Source: an uncultured bacterium
GTDB taxonomy: Bacteria > Patescibacteriota > JABMPQ01 > CAVVCK01
DNA length: 64,000 nt
NCBI GenBank assembly: GCA_963746775.1
Contig: CAVVCK010000002.1
Span: 431,656 to 495,655 of the forward strand
Direction: 5' to 3'
Of this stretch, positions 9,432 to 19,447 are shown piece after piece (within the stretch, counting starts at the first letter, position 1; each line of letters opens with the position of its first letter). The position numbers and the translations under genes were made by a program. Under the pieces are notes generated by a model. It worked only from the letters and a program-made list of their open reading frames with translations, did no database searches and was not told the DNA's origin.

Positions 9432-9882
9432 GGCAGGCTATAAGCCGAATTCTGTCTCATCCGCCATAGATTAACAGCGAAGGCGGATTGCCTTCATTGA
9501 AAACTACGGCGAATACTATGATCATCTATCTAGCCTTACTATTACTAGCAAGGTCATGCTTTTTATAAATTACACCAGATGGGGTTTACCCTATTATAAT
9601 GTTACCATTATAACCTGTGAGCTCTTACCTCACTCTTTTCACCATTGCCTGCCATAGCCTATAAAGGCGACGGCTGGCTGTATATGTCTCTGTGGCACTT
9701 TCCCTCACCCTATCTAGAAGATAGAGTGCAATTGCCGTTAGCAATCACCTTGTTTCAAAGTCCCAAGGATTAATAGAAAATCCTATGAGGTTTTTCTACT
9801 CTCGAATCCATAAGCTCTGAGGTGTTCGGACTTTCCTCCCCTTATTATTATATAAATAATAAGAAGCGATCATAAACCTGCC
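9432..9882 (-). ncRNA. rnpB: RNase P RNA, bacterial type A
   Basis: Minus-strand motifs GGGGAGGAAAGTCCGAAC (P4 5' strand), GGTGAAAAGAGTGAGGTAAGAGCTCAC (J11/12-P12 region) and GACAGAATTCGGCTTATAGCCTGCC (P4 3' strand/P1). The 5' GGCAGG pairs with the 3' CCTGCC. Confidence 0.85.
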
Positions 9883-10010
9883 TACTATAATAATAAAATA
9901 GCAAAGAAATTTATGCTATTATTAAAGTGGATTGGCTTATAACAAGCAATTTAGATAATATGTGAAAATTTTAACTACTCATATTATACTTATTTTAAGT
10001 CTTTTGTCAA

Positions 10011-10931
10011 CTATAACGATCCTTTTTTTCTATATAAATACACAATTGTTACAATCACAGCTAATAGAACACCGAAAATTAACCAAACAATCATAGAATT
10101 ATGAGCAAAAGGAAGACCTTCAATGTTCATGCCGTAAATTCCAGATAAAAGAGTTAGGGGTAGCAAAGATACAGAAATAATTGTTAATAATTTCATTATT
10201 TCGTTAGTCTTCAAGGAAACAATACTTTCATTAGTTTCAAATAAGCCATCTGAAATATTTTTATAATCATCCAAAATAGTCCAAACCTTCTCTAAATAGT
10301 CCCTAATATCATCAAAATATACTATATATTCTCTTCTTAAAATAAAATCTTTCTTAGAATGAGATAAACTATCAATTATAAATTTTTCCATACTCACGGT
10401 TCTCCTTATATCAAGAATTATTCTCCTAGCAAAAGCCAGCTCCTCAATAGTTTCTTTGTCTGCTTTTCTATCATAAATTTCTTCTTCTACGTTTGATACA
10501 AATTTACTTAATGATTTTAAACTTTCTGAATAATATGTTTTAAAAAGTGGGTCTAAAATTTTATAAAGTAAATAGCCTGATCCTCGGTTAGATAATTTCT
10601 TTTTATAATTATCACTTTTAGCAACTTTCAAAAATAAATTTTGGACAATATCAATTTTATTTTTTTGAATAGTTATTAAATAATTCTGTCCTACAAAAAT
10701 ATTTAATTCTAAATTTTTAAGCTTATTTTTTATAATTTGCGGAAAGTTTAAGATTGAAAAAATATAATGCTTATAAACATCAACTTTAGGAGGTTGCTTT
10801 TCTCCTAAAACATCCTGAATATCTAATTGATGAAATTGAAAATTTTCTTCTAGATAGTTAATGTCTTCATCTTGAGGATCAATAATATTTACCCAGTTAA
10901 TATTTCCAATTTTTGTAGATTTTAGAGCCAT
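10011..10931 (-). CDS. corA: Magnesium/cobalt transporter CorA
   Basis: 306 aa with two C-terminal TM helices and the GIYGMNIEGLP (GMN) signature. Confidence 0.8.
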   Translation of the reverse strand: MALKSTKIGNINWVNIIDPQDEDINYLEENFQFHQLDIQDVLGEKQPPKVDVYKHYIFSILNFPQIIKNKLKNLELNIFVGQNYLITIQKNKIDIVQNLFLKVAKSDNYKKKLSNRGSGYLLYKILDPLFKTYYSESLKSLSKFVSNVEEEIYDRKADKETIEELAFARRIILDIRRTVSMEKFIIDSLSHSKKDFILRREYIVYFDDIRDYLEKVWTILDDYKNISDGLFETNESIVSLKTNEIMKLLTIISVSLLPLTLLSGIYGMNIEGLPFAHNSMIVWLIFGVLLAVIVTIVYLYRKKGSL

Positions 10932-10935
10932 ATTT

Positions 10936-11370
10936 TTATTTCTTTAAGGCTTTATCTAAAACTAAATTTACCAGCCTGTCAGCTTCTTTATTTTTTTCTC
11001 TTCTTATATGTTTAAAAGTAACGGATTTAAAGCCCAAAGTCAAATTATGTATTTTGATAAAAAGCGGCTCTAAGTTCTTGTCTTTTACTCTATACTCTCT
11101 GTTCAGTTGTTTTACTACTAATTCACTATCTAAATAGCATAAAACCTCTATGGCTTTAAGCTTCTTTGCTCTTTCTAAACCTAAAATTAAAGCCCTGTAT
11201 TCTGCCTGATTATTTGTATTTATACCAATGTACTGTCCAATTTTAGCAATTATTTTTCTTTTAGAATTATAAACAACCGCCCCACAACCTGCTGGTCCTG
11301 GGTTACCTCTTGATCCTCCGTCTGAAAATATTATTAGTTTTTGGTTTTTCATAAATAAATACACTACCAA
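10936..11370 (-). CDS. rnhA: Ribonuclease HI
   Basis: DGGSRGNPGPAGCGAV N-terminal motif. Conserved catalytic Asp/Glu pattern. Confidence 0.85.
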   Translation of the reverse strand: MVVYLFMKNQKLIIFSDGGSRGNPGPAGCGAVVYNSKRKIIAKIGQYIGINTNNQAEYRALILGLERAKKLKAIEVLCYLDSELVVKQLNREYRVKDKNLEPLFIKIHNLTLGFKSVTFKHIRREKNKEADRLVNLVLDKALKK

Positions 11371-11442
11371 CCCTGGATATGATTGGTTTTTTAAATTTTA
11401 TTACTTTTATTTTAACTCAAAATTTATAAACACACAAACTGC

Positions 11443-11475
11443 TTGACTTGATAATTGAAAGTAATATTATACTAA
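11443..11475 (+). promoter_or_regulatory. Sigma70-like promoter candidate for the antiporter gene (TTGACT, ~17 bp, ATTATAct)
   Basis: TTGACT at 11443-11448. An AT-rich -10-like hexamer follows. The site is in a divergent intergenic region. Confidence 0.3.
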
Positions 11476-11531
11476 TTAATATCTAACTTTTTTCAGATAT
11501 TTTTTATTTATTTAATTTTAAAAACAAAAGG

Positions 11532-13067
11532 ATGAAAAAACTAAAACAATTAGTAAATCTAGACAATTTCTCTAAATTATGGAGAGGAAAAGTTGCTTTT
11601 CTAATAGTCTTAGCAGCTTTAGTGATTGTTCCTATGGTTTCTGCTTCAAATAATGATGAGGTAGATAAAAATAAAGAAGAAATAACTTCAGAAAAATCTA
11701 CGGAGAACAATAATCAAGAAGTAATAAATGAAGAAAAAAACAATCAAGAAGCTGGTACCAATGAAGGAGAAGAGAGTACTGCTAGTAATACTGCTTCTAC
11801 TTTTCTCTGGATTGCTGTCATCTTGATTGCTGCTAAATTAGCTAGTTTAGTGGAAAGATTTGGCCAACCCTCTGTTTTAGGTGAACTTGTTATTGGCGTA
11901 GTTTTAGGTAATTTAGTTCTTTTGGGTTTAAATATCTTCGAACCTATTAAAGAAAATGAAATTATAGCTTTCTTAGGCGAACTTGGTGTAGTAATTTTGC
12001 TGTTCCAGATAGGACTAGAATCAAATATTCAGAAAATGAAACAAGTAGGATTTCGTGCTTTCCTAGTAGCAGTCGTTGGTGTAGTATTACCCTTTGTAAT
12101 GGGTTATTTTATAGGACCAATACTTTTACCTGGTTTAACTAATAATGCTTACTTATTTTTAGGTGCTGCCCTAACCGCTACTTCAGTTGGTATTACTGCT
12201 CGTGTCTTTCAAGATTTAGGTAAATTAAAAATTCCCGAAGCACAAATTGTGCTTGGTGCGGCCGTTATTGATGATGTCTTGGGTTTAATTATACTTGCCG
12301 TAGTATCAGCCATGGCAACATTGGGTGCTGTGAGTATAGGTATGATATCCTGGATTGCAGCCAAGGCTGTTTTATTCTTAGTCGGCGCTATTGTTTTAGG
12401 TCAGCTACTTGCACCTAGAGTTGGAAAATTATTTTCCAAAATACATACCGGAGTAGGTATGAAATTCACCTTAGCCATTTCTTTCGGCTTAATCTTCGCC
12501 TACTTAGCTCAGGAAATTGGCTTAGCTCCTATAGTTGGTGCTTTTGCTGCAGGTTTAGTACTTGATCCTGTCCACTTTAAATATTTTAAAGATCCTAAAG
12601 TTGTTACTGATGTTAAAAAATGTGTTGAAAGCTGTGATGCTAGCTTAAAAGAAAAAGTATTGAAAACAATTGAACCACATGCTCATCGTCATATAGAGGA
12701 TATTATTGAACCCGTTGGTTTTTTATTAATCCCTATCTTTTTCGTCATGACTGGCATGGCTGTAAAAATTGAAACTTTATTCAATTTGCCGGTATTATTA
12801 GTAGCCTTAGGAATCACCGTTGTTGCTTTTGTAGGTAAAATTTGTGCTGGCTTAGCCGCTGGTAAGGTAAATAAAGCCTTAGTCGGCTTTGGTATGATAC
12901 CTCGAGGAGAAGTTGGACTTATTTTTGCTGCCATTGGTAAATCTATTGGCGTAGTTAATGATGAAGTATATTCAGTTATTGTTATTATGGTTATCTTTTC
13001 TACCTTATTTACTCCTCCCATTCTTACCTATCTCTTAAAGAAATATAAAGAACCAAAAGAAGCTTAA
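11532..13067 (+). CDS. Cation:proton antiporter (CPA family Na+/H+ or K+/H+ exchanger) with an acidic low-complexity N-terminal extension
   Basis: 511 aa with more than 10 TM helices and a sodium/hydrogen-exchanger-like membrane core. It is the only long plus-strand gene in the window. Confidence 0.7.
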   Translation: MKKLKQLVNLDNFSKLWRGKVAFLIVLAALVIVPMVSASNNDEVDKNKEEITSEKSTENNNQEVINEEKNNQEAGTNEGEESTASNTASTFLWIAVILIAAKLASLVERFGQPSVLGELVIGVVLGNLVLLGLNIFEPIKENEIIAFLGELGVVILLFQIGLESNIQKMKQVGFRAFLVAVVGVVLPFVMGYFIGPILLPGLTNNAYLFLGAALTATSVGITARVFQDLGKLKIPEAQIVLGAAVIDDVLGLIILAVVSAMATLGAVSIGMISWIAAKAVLFLVGAIVLGQLLAPRVGKLFSKIHTGVGMKFTLAISFGLIFAYLAQEIGLAPIVGAFAAGLVLDPVHFKYFKDPKVVTDVKKCVESCDASLKEKVLKTIEPHAHRHIEDIIEPVGFLLIPIFFVMTGMAVKIETLFNLPVLLVALGITVVAFVGKICAGLAAGKVNKALVGFGMIPRGEVGLIFAAIGKSIGVVNDEVYSVIVIMVIFSTLFTPPILTYLLKKYKEPKEA

Positions 13068-13084
13068 ATAAAATTAATTATCAT

Positions 13085-13116
13085 AAAAGCCCAGCATTTT
13101 GTAGCTGGGCTTTTTA
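13085..13116. terminator. Bidirectional rho-independent terminator AAAAGCCCAGC-attttgta-GCTGGGCTTTTT
   Basis: GC-rich 11-bp stem between convergent genes, with flanking A/T tracts. Confidence 0.7.
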
Positions 13117-13137
13117 AATTATTTTATTATCATTATT

Positions 13138-13827
13138 TTATATCTCTATTACTGCCACTGGGTTCCCTTCTTTCTCTTCTATTGTAACTTTCTTAATAAT
13201 AACATCATTAACAGGTTTATCATTGCTATTAGTTGGAGTCTCTGAAATTGCTTCAACTACATCCATTCCTTCAATTACTTTACCAAAAACAGCATGCTTA
13301 CCATCAAGCCAAGGTGTACCTTCCTTGGCATCTATTATAAAAAATTGGCTACCGCCAGTATTAGGTCCGGCATTGGCCATCGAAATTGATCCATATTCAT
13401 TAATCAAACTCTCATCAAATTCATCTGGAATGACCCAAGTACTCTCATCATTAGGGTCACCATAACTTTCGTGATATTTGGCGGCATGTCCACCCGTACC
13501 ATTTTTATTAGTAAAATCTCCTCCTTGAATCATAAAATCATTAATTATTCTGTGGAAAGGTGCACTATTGTATTTTCCAGCGCGAGCGAGATCTATAAAA
13601 TTTTGGGATGTTACAGGAGCCTTATCTTTATATAATTCAAGCTTTATCGTGCCAGCGATTTTATTTACCTCTTTTTCTGTTTCCATGTTATTTTCTTTTA
13701 AATTATTATTTATGTTTTTTGTACCCCCTACTACTTCCCCACTTATATTATTGTCACTACCACATCCAGCCGTAATTAAAGCAAATGAAAATAATAGAAT
13801 AATACTAAAAATTAATTTCTTTTTCAT
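13138..13827 (-). CDS. Cyclophilin-type peptidyl-prolyl cis-trans isomerase, lipoprotein
   Basis: Lipobox LITAGCGSD. Cyclophilin core FHRIINDFMIQGGDFT. Confidence 0.85.
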   Translation of the reverse strand: MKKKLIFSIILLFSFALITAGCGSDNNISGEVVGGTKNINNNLKENNMETEKEVNKIAGTIKLELYKDKAPVTSQNFIDLARAGKYNSAPFHRIINDFMIQGGDFTNKNGTGGHAAKYHESYGDPNDESTWVIPDEFDESLINEYGSISMANAGPNTGGSQFFIIDAKEGTPWLDGKHAVFGKVIEGMDVVEAISETPTNSNDKPVNDVIIKKVTIEEKEGNPVAVIEI

Positions 13828-13850
13828 GATTTTTATTACTTAATAATTAT

Positions 13851-13930
13851 TTTATAAAACCATCCGCTTTATCCGCCAAATCCGCTAATCCGTAAACAAT
13901 AGATAACGGATTAGGCGGATTATTGCGGAT
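13851..13930. repeat. Family-2 palindromic element (ATCCGC/GCGGAT words, REP-like)
   Basis: CCGCTTTATCCGCCAAATCCGCTAATCCGT ... ACGGATTAGGCGGATTATTGCGGATAAGCGG form an imperfect ~30-nt inverted repeat. The same core is seen at 45172, 50854 and, degenerate, at 29610. Confidence 0.65.
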
Positions 13931-13944
13931 AAGCGGAAAATATA

Positions 13945-14484
13945 TCAACGAGTCTTGTAATTCATGTTCATTATTTCTAAAAATTTTATAAATACTTGTG
14001 CTGTTACTTTAACATCACCTAAAGCTCTATGTCTATCTTCTTCTTGTATCCCTACCCCCATTCTCCTCGCTACAACATCCAAGTTGTGGCTCCTCTCATA
14101 GGGAAATAATTTTCTAGACAAATTAAGGGTACATACGAATTTTGGAATTGGCAAATTAATTCCGCAAAGATTAATCTCCGCTTGTAAAAATTTTTTATCA
14201 AAAGAAGCATTGTGGGCAACTAAAGCACTATCTCCAACGAATCGTAAAAACTTAGGTAATACTTTATACATCGTAGGCTTATTCTCAACCATTTCATCAG
14301 TTATACCATTTACTGCTGAAGCACTAAGAGATATAGGCCTTTCCGGATTAACCAGAGCTTCAAATTTTTCATTAGTTATTTTGCCATCAACTATTTTTAT
14401 AGCTGCCATTTCAATGATACGATCTCCTTGATCGGGACTTAAACCCGTGGTCTCTGTATCAAAAATTGTATACATTCTTCTCAT
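13945..14484 (-). CDS. DnaQ-like 3'-5' exonuclease (DNA polymerase III epsilon family)
   Basis: MYTIFDTETTGLSP (Exo I motif). DEDDh-family layout. Confidence 0.75.
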   Translation of the reverse strand: MRRMYTIFDTETTGLSPDQGDRIIEMAAIKIVDGKITNEKFEALVNPERPISLSASAVNGITDEMVENKPTMYKVLPKFLRFVGDSALVAHNASFDKKFLQAEINLCGINLPIPKFVCTLNLSRKLFPYERSHNLDVVARRMGVGIQEEDRHRALGDVKVTAQVFIKFLEIMNMNYKTR

Positions 14485-14488
14485 TTTT

Positions 14489-15100
14489 TTATTTTTCTTC
14501 TATAAAATATTTCTTTAAGTCTTTTCTACTCTTCATTTCAGGTAGACAATTATCTATGAAGTTTTTGTAAGTATAATTCTTATGTGGGAATTGGCTTAAA
14601 ACTATCTCTTTATTACATAAAGTCCCTGATCTTTGATTTACATAGTCTAGATAGTTAGACCAAGGATATTTATTGAGGTTATGGGTTATTTTGTGTAGTT
14701 TAGGATTTAGATTAATGTAGGCAGAGAGCCAGAGAAGATATTCGTTGGAGTTAATGCGGATGGATTTGAAGCGGTCCTGGAATAATATACCGGATTTATC
14801 ATGTTTTTTATTAAAATAAATGGTATAGCTCGTTCCTAACCTATACATAAATTCTGAAATAGCATTATCTGACGTTTGTTTTAATATGAAATGATAATGA
14901 CTAGGATTTAGGCAGTAGGCTATAAATTCTACTCCCAAAGACTCAGCCTTTTTCAGAAAGGCTGAGTCTTGAGATTTTAAGCTTCTTATGGTTTTAATAA
15001 AGCGAATATAATCTCTTGTTTCTAAAAAAATATTTCTTTTATCTACACCACGGTTGTAGATATGATAATACTCGTTATTAGAAAATATAGTCCTCCTCAT
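14489..15100 (-). CDS. IS200-like/RAYT-type HUH tyrosine-transposase-domain protein
   Basis: YHIYNRGV...YCLNPSHYHFIL (HuH motif)...GILFQDRFKS matches the Y1 transposase/REP-associated tyrosine transposase fold. Confidence 0.6.
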   Translation of the reverse strand: MRRTIFSNNEYYHIYNRGVDKRNIFLETRDYIRFIKTIRSLKSQDSAFLKKAESLGVEFIAYCLNPSHYHFILKQTSDNAISEFMYRLGTSYTIYFNKKHDKSGILFQDRFKSIRINSNEYLLWLSAYINLNPKLHKITHNLNKYPWSNYLDYVNQRSGTLCNKEIVLSQFPHKNYTYKNFIDNCLPEMKSRKDLKKYFIEEK

Positions 15101-15109
15101 GAAGAATTA

Positions 15110-16846
15110 TTACTTAGCCTTCCTAAAATCAACTACCCTAATTTGCAAATTTTTCTTCCCATTCCATTCATTACAATCAATTTCAAAAATAATATCTATT
15201 TCATTGCCAAGCTCTTTTAATTTACCATTTTTAATATTAAAATATACACCTTCAATTTGCCCTTTATTATTTTGATCATTTAAAATTAATTTTAAATGAT
15301 CCCGCCTTTTACCAATTCTATCAAAACTCATTACCAATACTTTATGAGATATAAATAAAGGTTTTTCATTATTAGCACCATATGGCTTTAATTTTTCTAG
15401 CTCATTATAAAAATCCCAATTGATATTTTTTAAATCAATCTCTGCTTCTATATTTATTTTAGGTATTAAATCTTCTTCGCTTAGTTTTTCTTCAGCAATT
15501 TTATTAATTTTTTCAGAAAATTTATCTAAATTTTCATTTTCTAAAGTACAACCAGCCGCTCCTTTATGCCCACCAAACTCTAATAATAAATCCGAGCAAT
15601 CATTTATAGCCTCAATAATATTAAAGCTTGGAATACTACGAGCAGAGCCAGCACTCTCCTTCTCTCCTCGCGTTAAGACAAAACTTGGCCTAAAATATTC
15701 CTCGCAAATCTTAGAAGCTACTATACCCATCACTCCTAATGGCCAACCTTCTTTATTAGCTATTAAAACTTTCTTTGATAAATCTAATTCTTTCTTAATT
15801 TCCCTAAAAATTTGGTCCGTTATTCGCTGTCTTTTCCTATTAGATAATTCTAGTTGATAAGATAGAAGCTTCGCAATGCCATAAGATTCTGTGGCTAATA
15901 ATTTATAGGCAGCATTAGCATGATCTAGACGTCCTGCCGAATTAATACGTGGAGCTAAATAGAAACCTACTCCAAAACTATCAACCTTGAGTAAATCTAC
16001 TTGAGCAGACTTAGCTAGAGCTTGAAATCCCTGCCTTTTGGACTTAGATAATACTTTTAATCCTTCTTGCACTAAAATTCTATTTTCACCTGTCAGAGGC
16101 GAGCAATCAGCTATTGTCCCTACCGCTACTAAATCTAATAAACTTTTTTCAAATTCTTCTTGTAGTTCCTTATTTTCCTTAAATTCTGTATTAGTTTTTT
16201 TAATTATTTCAGACCTAAAAATTGCTTGAGCTAATTTAAAAACAATTCCTACTCCAGATAGTTCTTTATAGGGATATTCATCCTTTCCTTGTTTAGCATT
16301 AACAATTATATAATCATCAGAAAATTCTTCCGACAAATGATGATGATCAAAAACAATTACATCTACTCCCTTTTCTTTAGCATAATCAATTTCGAGCTTA
16401 TTCGCTACCCCACAATCACAAGTAACAATCAATTTTATATCTTTTTTAATTAACCAATCTATCGCTTTTTTATTTAACCCATATCCCTCACGCGCCCTAT
16501 CTGGAATATACAATTGCCCGGATAAACCCAAAACTTTCTTAAATATTTCTGTTAAAACGAGAGAAGAAGTTACTCCATCAGCGTCATAATCGCCATATAT
16601 CCCTACTCTCTCTTTATTATCCATAGCTTTTCCAATTCGCTCCAGGGCCCTATCCATATCTTTAAATAAAAATGGATCATATAAATCAGAATATTTTAAA
16701 TTATAAAACTTATCGATTTTATCTTTTGTATCAATTTTTCTATTAAATAGTAATTGTAAAATAGTAGAATTATATTGAGAAAAGTGAGAAATAAATTCCT
16801 GAGGTGCTTTTTCTAATATATTCCATTTTTTTGAAATTTCAGACAT
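15110..16846 (-). CDS. recJ: Single-stranded-DNA-specific exonuclease RecJ
   Basis: DHH motifs (GIYGDYDADGVTS, DHH) and a DHHA1 region. 578 aa. Confidence 0.85.
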   Translation of the reverse strand: MSEISKKWNILEKAPQEFISHFSQYNSTILQLLFNRKIDTKDKIDKFYNLKYSDLYDPFLFKDMDRALERIGKAMDNKERVGIYGDYDADGVTSSLVLTEIFKKVLGLSGQLYIPDRAREGYGLNKKAIDWLIKKDIKLIVTCDCGVANKLEIDYAKEKGVDVIVFDHHHLSEEFSDDYIIVNAKQGKDEYPYKELSGVGIVFKLAQAIFRSEIIKKTNTEFKENKELQEEFEKSLLDLVAVGTIADCSPLTGENRILVQEGLKVLSKSKRQGFQALAKSAQVDLLKVDSFGVGFYLAPRINSAGRLDHANAAYKLLATESYGIAKLLSYQLELSNRKRQRITDQIFREIKKELDLSKKVLIANKEGWPLGVMGIVASKICEEYFRPSFVLTRGEKESAGSARSIPSFNIIEAINDCSDLLLEFGGHKGAAGCTLENENLDKFSEKINKIAEEKLSEEDLIPKINIEAEIDLKNINWDFYNELEKLKPYGANNEKPLFISHKVLVMSFDRIGKRRDHLKLILNDQNNKGQIEGVYFNIKNGKLKELGNEIDIIFEIDCNEWNGKKNLQIRVVDFRKAK

Positions 16847-16896
16847 TCAATATAATTAATAACATGACTCATACTATCATAAATTTCCATATATGC

Positions 16897-16922
16897 AAAA
16901 AAGAGCATCCTGCTCTTTTTTT
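16897..16922. terminator. Bidirectional terminator AAAAAAGAGCA-tcc-TGCTCTTTTTTT
   Basis: Perfect stem with T/A tracts. It lies downstream of the ROK kinase gene. Confidence 0.6.
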
Positions 16923-16932
16923 AAATTTATAC

Positions 16933-17847
16933 CTATCTAGCTAACTCCGCCGCCCCCACAACACCTGCATCTTTACCCAGCTTTGCTTTTTTAATTTCTA
17001 TCTTTCTCTTTTTAAAAAATACATTTTTGGTCGTTTCTTTCTTGGCTAATCTAAAAAGTAATTCAGATTTTCCTAAGCCCCCGCCAATTACTATTAAATC
17101 AGGATCTAAAATATTTACTAAATTAGAAATGCCCACGCCTAGATATTCGCCTGCATTTTGATATATCTTATAAGCTACACTTTTTGTACCTTTATCCATA
17201 GCTTCTTTTTCAATCTCTAAAGCGCTCTTCTTTTGTTTAGTTTTTTTATAATATTCATTTTCAATACTAGTACCAGAAGCATAGGCCTCCAGACAGCCTT
17301 CCTGCCCACAGCTGCATTTCCTACCACCATATTTAACAATCATATGCCCAGGTTCAGAAGCAAAGCCCTGCCCTTGATACATTTGTCCATTCAAAATTAA
17401 TCCTCCGCCCACCCCTGTACCCAAAGTAATCCCCACCACGCTGGAAAAACCCTTGCCTGCTCCATAAGTAGCTTCTGCTAAAGTAAAACAATTAGCATCA
17501 TTAGCTATTTTTACTGTAATTTTTTTACTTTTTTTAAATTCAAAACCAAGCTTGCTTTCTAGTGTCTTGGCTACTGGAATATTTTTCCAGCGGGAAATAT
17601 TGGGTGAATGCACAATTATACCAGTCTTTGAATCTATCTGACCAGCAATACCAACCCCAATTTTTTCTATTTTATCTACCTTTAATTTTTTAAAACCGGC
17701 AATTATTTCATCTAACAAATGCTGAAAACTCTGCGTATTTTCAGTCTGAAATTCCACTTTGGAAACTAATTTACCGCTATTATTAACTAATCCCATAGCC
17801 GTTTTTGTGCCTCCTACATCAATGCCAATTGTATTGTTTTGTATCAT
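16933..17847 (-). CDS. ROK-family glucokinase
   Basis: IGIDVGGTKTAMGLV ATPase motif. ROK zinc motif CSCGQEGCLE. Confidence 0.7.
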   Translation of the reverse strand: MIQNNTIGIDVGGTKTAMGLVNNSGKLVSKVEFQTENTQSFQHLLDEIIAGFKKLKVDKIEKIGVGIAGQIDSKTGIIVHSPNISRWKNIPVAKTLESKLGFEFKKSKKITVKIANDANCFTLAEATYGAGKGFSSVVGITLGTGVGGGLILNGQMYQGQGFASEPGHMIVKYGGRKCSCGQEGCLEAYASGTSIENEYYKKTKQKKSALEIEKEAMDKGTKSVAYKIYQNAGEYLGVGISNLVNILDPDLIVIGGGLGKSELLFRLAKKETTKNVFFKKRKIEIKKAKLGKDAGVVGAAELAR

Positions 17848-18246
17848 TTATATATTGTTTATCGTTTTTTTTAATTCTACTAAAACCTCATCAACTACTT
17901 TTTCTACCTTATTTATATCTTCTCTAGTAGTTTTTGCTTTAAGCCCAAAATCTTTACTTTGAAACTCCTTAGCACATGCCTCAATGTCTGCTTGAATTTC
18001 TTCTGAAATATCTAATTCCCCCCTTTTGGCATAATCTAATATTACAGCCAAACCACCCGTTACAGCAGTAAACCATCCTTTTTGTAATTTGTATCTTGTT
18101 TGAGAAGTATCAGAATGAACAATTTTTCCCGGATCTTCATCGCTCCACATTTTCAACCTTTCTAACATTGGTATAATCTTAGTTCTTATAGCCTCTGGAA
18201 TCTTATTTGATAAATCAGGATTTTCTTCAAATCTTCTCTCGGTCAT
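17848..18246 (-). CDS. Hypothetical protein
   Basis: 132-aa ORF overlapping ackA by 4 nt (18243..18246). No recognised family. Confidence 0.4.
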   Translation of the reverse strand: MTERRFEENPDLSNKIPEAIRTKIIPMLERLKMWSDEDPGKIVHSDTSQTRYKLQKGWFTAVTGGLAVILDYAKRGELDISEEIQADIEACAKEFQSKDFGLKAKTTREDINKVEKVVDEVLVELKKTINNI

Positions 18247-19310
18247 TTTATTTTATTAATTATTTGTTTAGCGATTTGTAATTCTTCATCCGTCTCCACC
18301 GCCTCAACCTTAATTCTTCCCAAAAAAGGTAACCCTTCACATATAACTCCCCTCGTTCTTTCATCTCCTGACCCAATAGAGCCCGTAAAAATCAATACAT
18401 CCGATCCGCCCAATTCTGCATAATATGCTCCAATATATTTTTTAACTCGTAGGCAAAACATATCAAAAGCAAGCTTGGCCGTTTTATCTCCTTCTTCTAC
18501 CCTATTTAAAACTTTCAACCAATCTTTCTCGCCACATATCCCATATACTCCACTTTCAAAATTTAACATTTTATCTATTTCATCAACATCCAAATTTTCT
18601 TTTCTTTGTAAATAGGTAATCACCCCCGGATCAATATCTCCTGATCTGCTCATCATCATTAATCCTTCCATAGGTGTAAACCCCATAGAAGTATCTACTG
18701 CCTTGCCACCTAACGATGCCGTTATTGAACATCCCCCACCAAGATGACATGATATAATCTTTAAATCTTCAGCTACTGTTTTGGTCTGTTGATCCTTGAT
18801 CTCTGATCCTTGATTACTCTCAATCATCTTGCTCACCACATAATTATGCGACAACCCATGAAATCCATACCTTCTCACATCAAATCTCCCCGGTATCGCA
18901 TATCTATACACTTTCTCTTCTAAATCTTTATAAAAAGCGGTATCAAAACAGGCATAATTTGAAACATTTGCTAATAAATTTATGGCTGCCTCTATTCCCA
19001 TTAAATTAGCTGGATTATGTAATGGTGCTAATTCATTATATTTTTCTAATTCTTTTAAATTTTCAGCTGTTATTTTAGTAGTTTCTACAAATTCCTCGCC
19101 TCCGTGCACAACACGATGCCCTACTATCTTAATACGCTCCAAATCACCTATCTCTTTCAGGGCAATCTCTAAAGCCTCTTTATGATCCTTAACTTCTTCT
19201 CCAATATTTTGAATATAGCCAAATTTTTCTTCTTTTAAATCTCCACTGTTAAAAAATTTATATTTCAAGGAAGTGGAGCCGGAATTTATAATTAATATTT
19301 TATCTTTCAT
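18243..19310 (-). CDS. ackA: Acetate kinase
   Basis: MKDKILIINSGSTSLKYKFF N-terminus. ASKHA-fold motifs. Confidence 0.85.
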   Translation of the reverse strand: MKDKILIINSGSTSLKYKFFNSGDLKEEKFGYIQNIGEEVKDHKEALEIALKEIGDLERIKIVGHRVVHGGEEFVETTKITAENLKELEKYNELAPLHNPANLMGIEAAINLLANVSNYACFDTAFYKDLEEKVYRYAIPGRFDVRRYGFHGLSHNYVVSKMIESNQGSEIKDQQTKTVAEDLKIISCHLGGGCSITASLGGKAVDTSMGFTPMEGLMMMSRSGDIDPGVITYLQRKENLDVDEIDKMLNFESGVYGICGEKDWLKVLNRVEEGDKTAKLAFDMFCLRVKKYIGAYYAELGGSDVLIFTGSIGSGDERTRGVICEGLPFLGRIKVEAVETDEELQIAKQIINKIK

Positions 19311-19447
19311 TTATTTCTTAATTAATCGATTTTTTAATTATAACATAAATCTTGTCTTAAAAAAAGAAAATACCGATATTTTAGCTTAATATAGGCATTT
19401 ATAGTAATATAACTATTATAAAAAATTTATTCCCTAATTTAAAAATT

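Noticed and set aside
11504-11710. Minus-strand ORF overlapping the start of the antiporter gene
   Set aside because: It overlaps the plus-strand antiporter 5' end and promoter region. It has no homology signal and is likely spurious.
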